From the NCBI GenBank assembly GCA_907165135.1, contig OU015567.1, positions 1,860,001 to 1,924,000 on the forward strand: a DNA stretch of 64,000 bases, written 5' to 3'. Position 1 is the stretch's first letter. Each line of letters starts with the position of its first letter. Positions 60,485 to 64,000 of this stretch are shown here, piece by piece. This DNA comes from Oikopleura dioica. Its lineage: Eukaryota > Animalia > Chordata. Under the pieces are notes generated by a model that searched no databases, was not told where the DNA came from, and worked only from the letters and a program-made list of their open reading frames with translations. The translations under genes were made by a program, and so were the position numbers.

Positions 60485-63032
60485 TCGCTTTGCCGGTCCT
60501 TTTTTGGCGACTTTCGGAGACGATTTTTTTGTCGACGAGGAACTCGCTGATTCTAGTTCTGATTGCTTCTGGTTTGCTTCTTTTGGGCTTTCTGATTCGG
60601 TTTGGTTGGTTTTTGGGAGCTTGTGCTTCGAGCTCTGACTTCTGGCTCTAGATTTTCGAGGGGTCTCGCTTTTCTTTGGGCGGAGAGTTTTATAACTTCG
60701 CGCTTCGGACTCAGAATCCTCGGAAGTTAGGGATGAATCGGAAGTGAGGAATTTGTCTGCTTCTTTCTGAAAAAATTGCTTTCTTGAAATTTTCGAGAAG
60801 ATCATGATCGATTTCTTGACTGAAGAGAAACTCTAGAGATGCGTCTTCAGCAAGAAATCTAGGGATAAGGAGCAGGTACTGTATCTAGGGGGTTTCAAAA
60901 GCGACTTACGCGGATATTTTCTTCCAATCTGACGAGAATCGGCGGAGGAACTGCAAAAGTGGAACTGGCTGGCTCGTACTTCTCTGTCGCGAATCGCCCC
61001 ACTTCCGGTTTCAAAAAGCTTAAAACATCCATTTTCAAAAAAATGAAATGACGATGAAAACAAATCCGAAGCTATATGGAACTGATACTATCCATTCTTA
61101 TCTTTTCACTTTTTTAGAAGAGGGCTAGCTATGACGATATTCATAAGATTTTAATATCGCTAATCGAAGAGTTCGTTTTGTCAAGTTCCCAGGGATAGCT
61201 TACCAGACTTCAGAGTTGGAGCTGCGATTCGTCGACTTTGAGCTCGATGAGTTGACCGAGCACGTCGAAATCGAATTGCTTGATGAACAAGAAGGGCTGG
61301 GGCTTTTTGAGAAGATAAGAAAGGCCCTTTCTGAAAGGAGGACTTTTGTTCTTTGATCTTTTCCTTGGGCAGTTTCTGGAAGTTGACGGAATATTGAATT
61401 GACTTGTTATTCCAGCAGCAGATCTCGATGTCCCGGGTTTCAAGGCTTTATTCTCCTCGCCGACCGTTGGCTCAGGAACAGGAGACAACTTAACAATATA
61501 CTGTAACAACTCATCACGAGGAGCAAGCGAGTTTTTCCTTGAGAATATATTTTGCGAAGTGCTAGTTTTGACTAAGTCGCGGGAAGAGTCTCCCACGCTA
61601 CTTTCCATTTTCATGCTGGGAGGGACTGAGAATGCAACACCCAAAGTTTTAATTACTGAAGTTCCCTGAAGCGATGTGAATCTCAAATGAGACTAAAAAA
61701 TCGTTTTAGCCCGAGTTTCACATCATTCCTTTTTTAACAGAAGTCATAACAATTTTTTGTCAAATAAAAATCCGTTTTCAAATTAATAAAATTGGTAAAA
61801 TTCTAGAGTCAAGACATCTGTGCCTGAAGCGTTTCATTCTCATTAAAACGATTAGATTGGCCTTGGTCTGAAGAAGTGGTGGAAGACTCCGCTAAAAAAA
61901 GTAGTTTTAATCGACTTTGAAAAATTATGTTTTTCGTGACCTAGGCCATCGCGAACCGTGGTTATCTTTCTCTGAATTATGGATTTATAAATCTTTTCAT
62001 AATTTCTGTTAACTTCCCCCCCTCCTGAATGATAAGTTGGTAATCAACTTATTTGCTAACTAAATAATAATATAATAACTTATGTATAATCTAAGCTATT
62101 AGAACTAGAGATCCCAGTGCATCTTTTTTACATAATAAGTGAGTAGAGTATAATTACTTCTCGGGTATTACGTAGTTTTACATAAGAGGGAGAATATATA
62201 TATAGTAGATTGGAGCTCCTAAGATCATGAAGCATGATAAGCATGCTTACACCGGACATTCAAGCCTCCTTTTTTGCCTTATTTGCCTTAAAAATCGTTA
62301 AAAAGAACAGATAATTGTCCGGCTCGAAAAGTCATTTTTTTAGTCAATAAACCCTTCCTTCATTTCCCCTTCCTCCCTCTTGCTTTGCTGCAATTTGAGT
62401 TTTTTGTTTGAAGGAAAAGACGTTCTGCTCTCGAATAGGTTTTCAATAATTACTGAAGCGATTTATTATTTTCAATAACTAGGTATCGCAGCTCTACTCA
62501 GTCGTGACGAGTATTAAGTAAGAAAAGAAAATGGAACTGGTGAGAGTCTCGTTTATTCTTTCTATTTAAAACGACTGATACCAGGGGCTCATTTTTATTC
62601 TTCCGCCAGAAGTTGAGGCTACTTTTCCACACCTTAGCATCAAAATTATTGATTTTATTCCCGACAATAGCTATTCTTTCGCTACTTTTCGCCGTTCGTT
62701 TTATACTTCTGAGTCCGAAATATTTATCCGCCAATCAATTTTTTGATTATGAAATCAATGTATTTCGGTGATCGACAGGTACAGTTGTAACTTGCGATTA
62801 AAGCTGATACTGTAACAACTGTGCATTATTAGCTCATCCTGCTCTCAAGCCGAGAATTTCACCCTGAGTGAGATACCTTCTACTTGGTGTCTAGGAAGGG
62901 CTATAACACCGCCGCCGACGGAAAAAATAAGGCTGGCTCTCTGATTTGGCATTGAAGTCAGAGGTTGATTTTCGAAAGACCTGCCCTAAAAAAATCTAAT
63001 AAAATTTTCGAATTTTAGGAAATTATTTTTAA

Positions 63033-63565
63033 CCCCTATAAACGAAGTGTACAATTTTTGTCGATTTCGGGTTATTATCGCCTGCCAAACAGAACTGGTA
63101 AATCGGAACGATCTGAAAACTTAAATGAGTATTTGCACACGCATTACGCACCTCCCTAAAAAGTTTCAGCCTGATAAGACCCACGAGTACTGCGTGAGCA
63201 CCGTTTTTCTCACCTCCACCTGCGCGCTTCAAAGGAACAAAAATTTCTATTTATCTTTCAGGCGTCTCTGAGCTATTGTTTTTAACTTATTTAGAGGTTT
63301 TTAAGTATGGAGAATTCGAATCTGGGATCTTTGAAAAGATTGGATGAAGATTTTTAATAATTTCGACATAATTAATTATATAAGAAAAACAAATTCTAGT
63401 GCGTAGTATAGTTTTTTTAGAAAATCTAAAAGTGCAGTTTGAAAGAGAATGTTCGTTTATGTATAATTTGTGATTTTCAGGAGATTATCTCAAGAGGAAG
63501 GCCAAATCGACAAAAATTGTACACTTCGTCTAAGGGGGTTCTTTAGACTGCTTCGCTTATAGGGG
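63033..63565. mobile_element. piggyBac-type MITE
   Basis: TTAA|CCCCTATAAACGAAG...CTTCGCTTATAGGGG|TTAA, with an asymmetric subterminal inverted repeat CGAAGTGTACAATTTTTGTCGATTT. Confidence 0.9.
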
Positions 63566-64000
63566 TTAAGAAATCTGATTTATTAAAAAATAAACGTTAG
63601 TATTTTCTCACCGGCTGCTGATCCATGTTTTCATCAGCGTTAATTTTTGTTTCTTATCTCTGATTCTCGAAGAGTCCTTTTTTGTCTTCTCTTTAACGCT
63701 GAAAGAGAGGGCCACATCCACTCACTCAAACTGTGAGAATTACTCAGCCCCCATTTTTTAATATCCATTTTAATGCACATTTTTGCGAGATTCACTGCCG
63801 GCTGAGCCGGCTCCCTGATTTTTCATGCGTTTCTGTCAAATTTCAGAAGAAAAAATAGAGAGCAAAAAAGAAGACTTCAACTCAAATTTATGATATTCAA
63901 TTAAATTTGGTTTCAATACCTTTTTTACTCTTTTTTCATGCTTTCAATTTCGAATTTGAGCATCTCTTTTTCTTAAAAATTGTCGGTTTGGCTGCTGTTT

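Overview
Eukaryotic, AT-rich, gene-dense DNA with very short introns (about 35-55 nt, some non-canonical GA-AG). A tunicate-type metallothionein, PLA2-like and kelch-like lineage families and a GA-AG intron in RPL4 point to an appendicularian, Oikopleura dioica or a relative (inference). The ORF track is prokaryote-style, so most genes were rebuilt by eye across introns and their boundaries are approximate. Main result: 1283-11674 is a single 10.4-kb hAT-type DNA transposon. It has 20-bp perfect TIRs, an exact 8-bp TSD (TTTATAAG) and long inverted subterminal repeats, and it splits one host exon: removing it rejoins the ORFs at 414 and 11582 in frame. Inside are a decayed, intron-rich DDE transposase, a second Merlin/ISXO2-like gene, a small membrane-protein gene, a 32-bp minisatellite and nested MITEs. 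The window also has two young pol-less LTR elements (one with a CCCH-zinc-finger ORF), more than a dozen MITEs of several TSD classes, a TE-disrupted TLC-domain gene, an RPL4 copy that reads through into an acidic tail and possibly a VWA domain, an intron-containing tRNA-Leu(CAA), and genes for MT1, FAM78, a C-type lectin, a sulfotransferase, an SRCR/TSP1 protein and EF-hand proteins.
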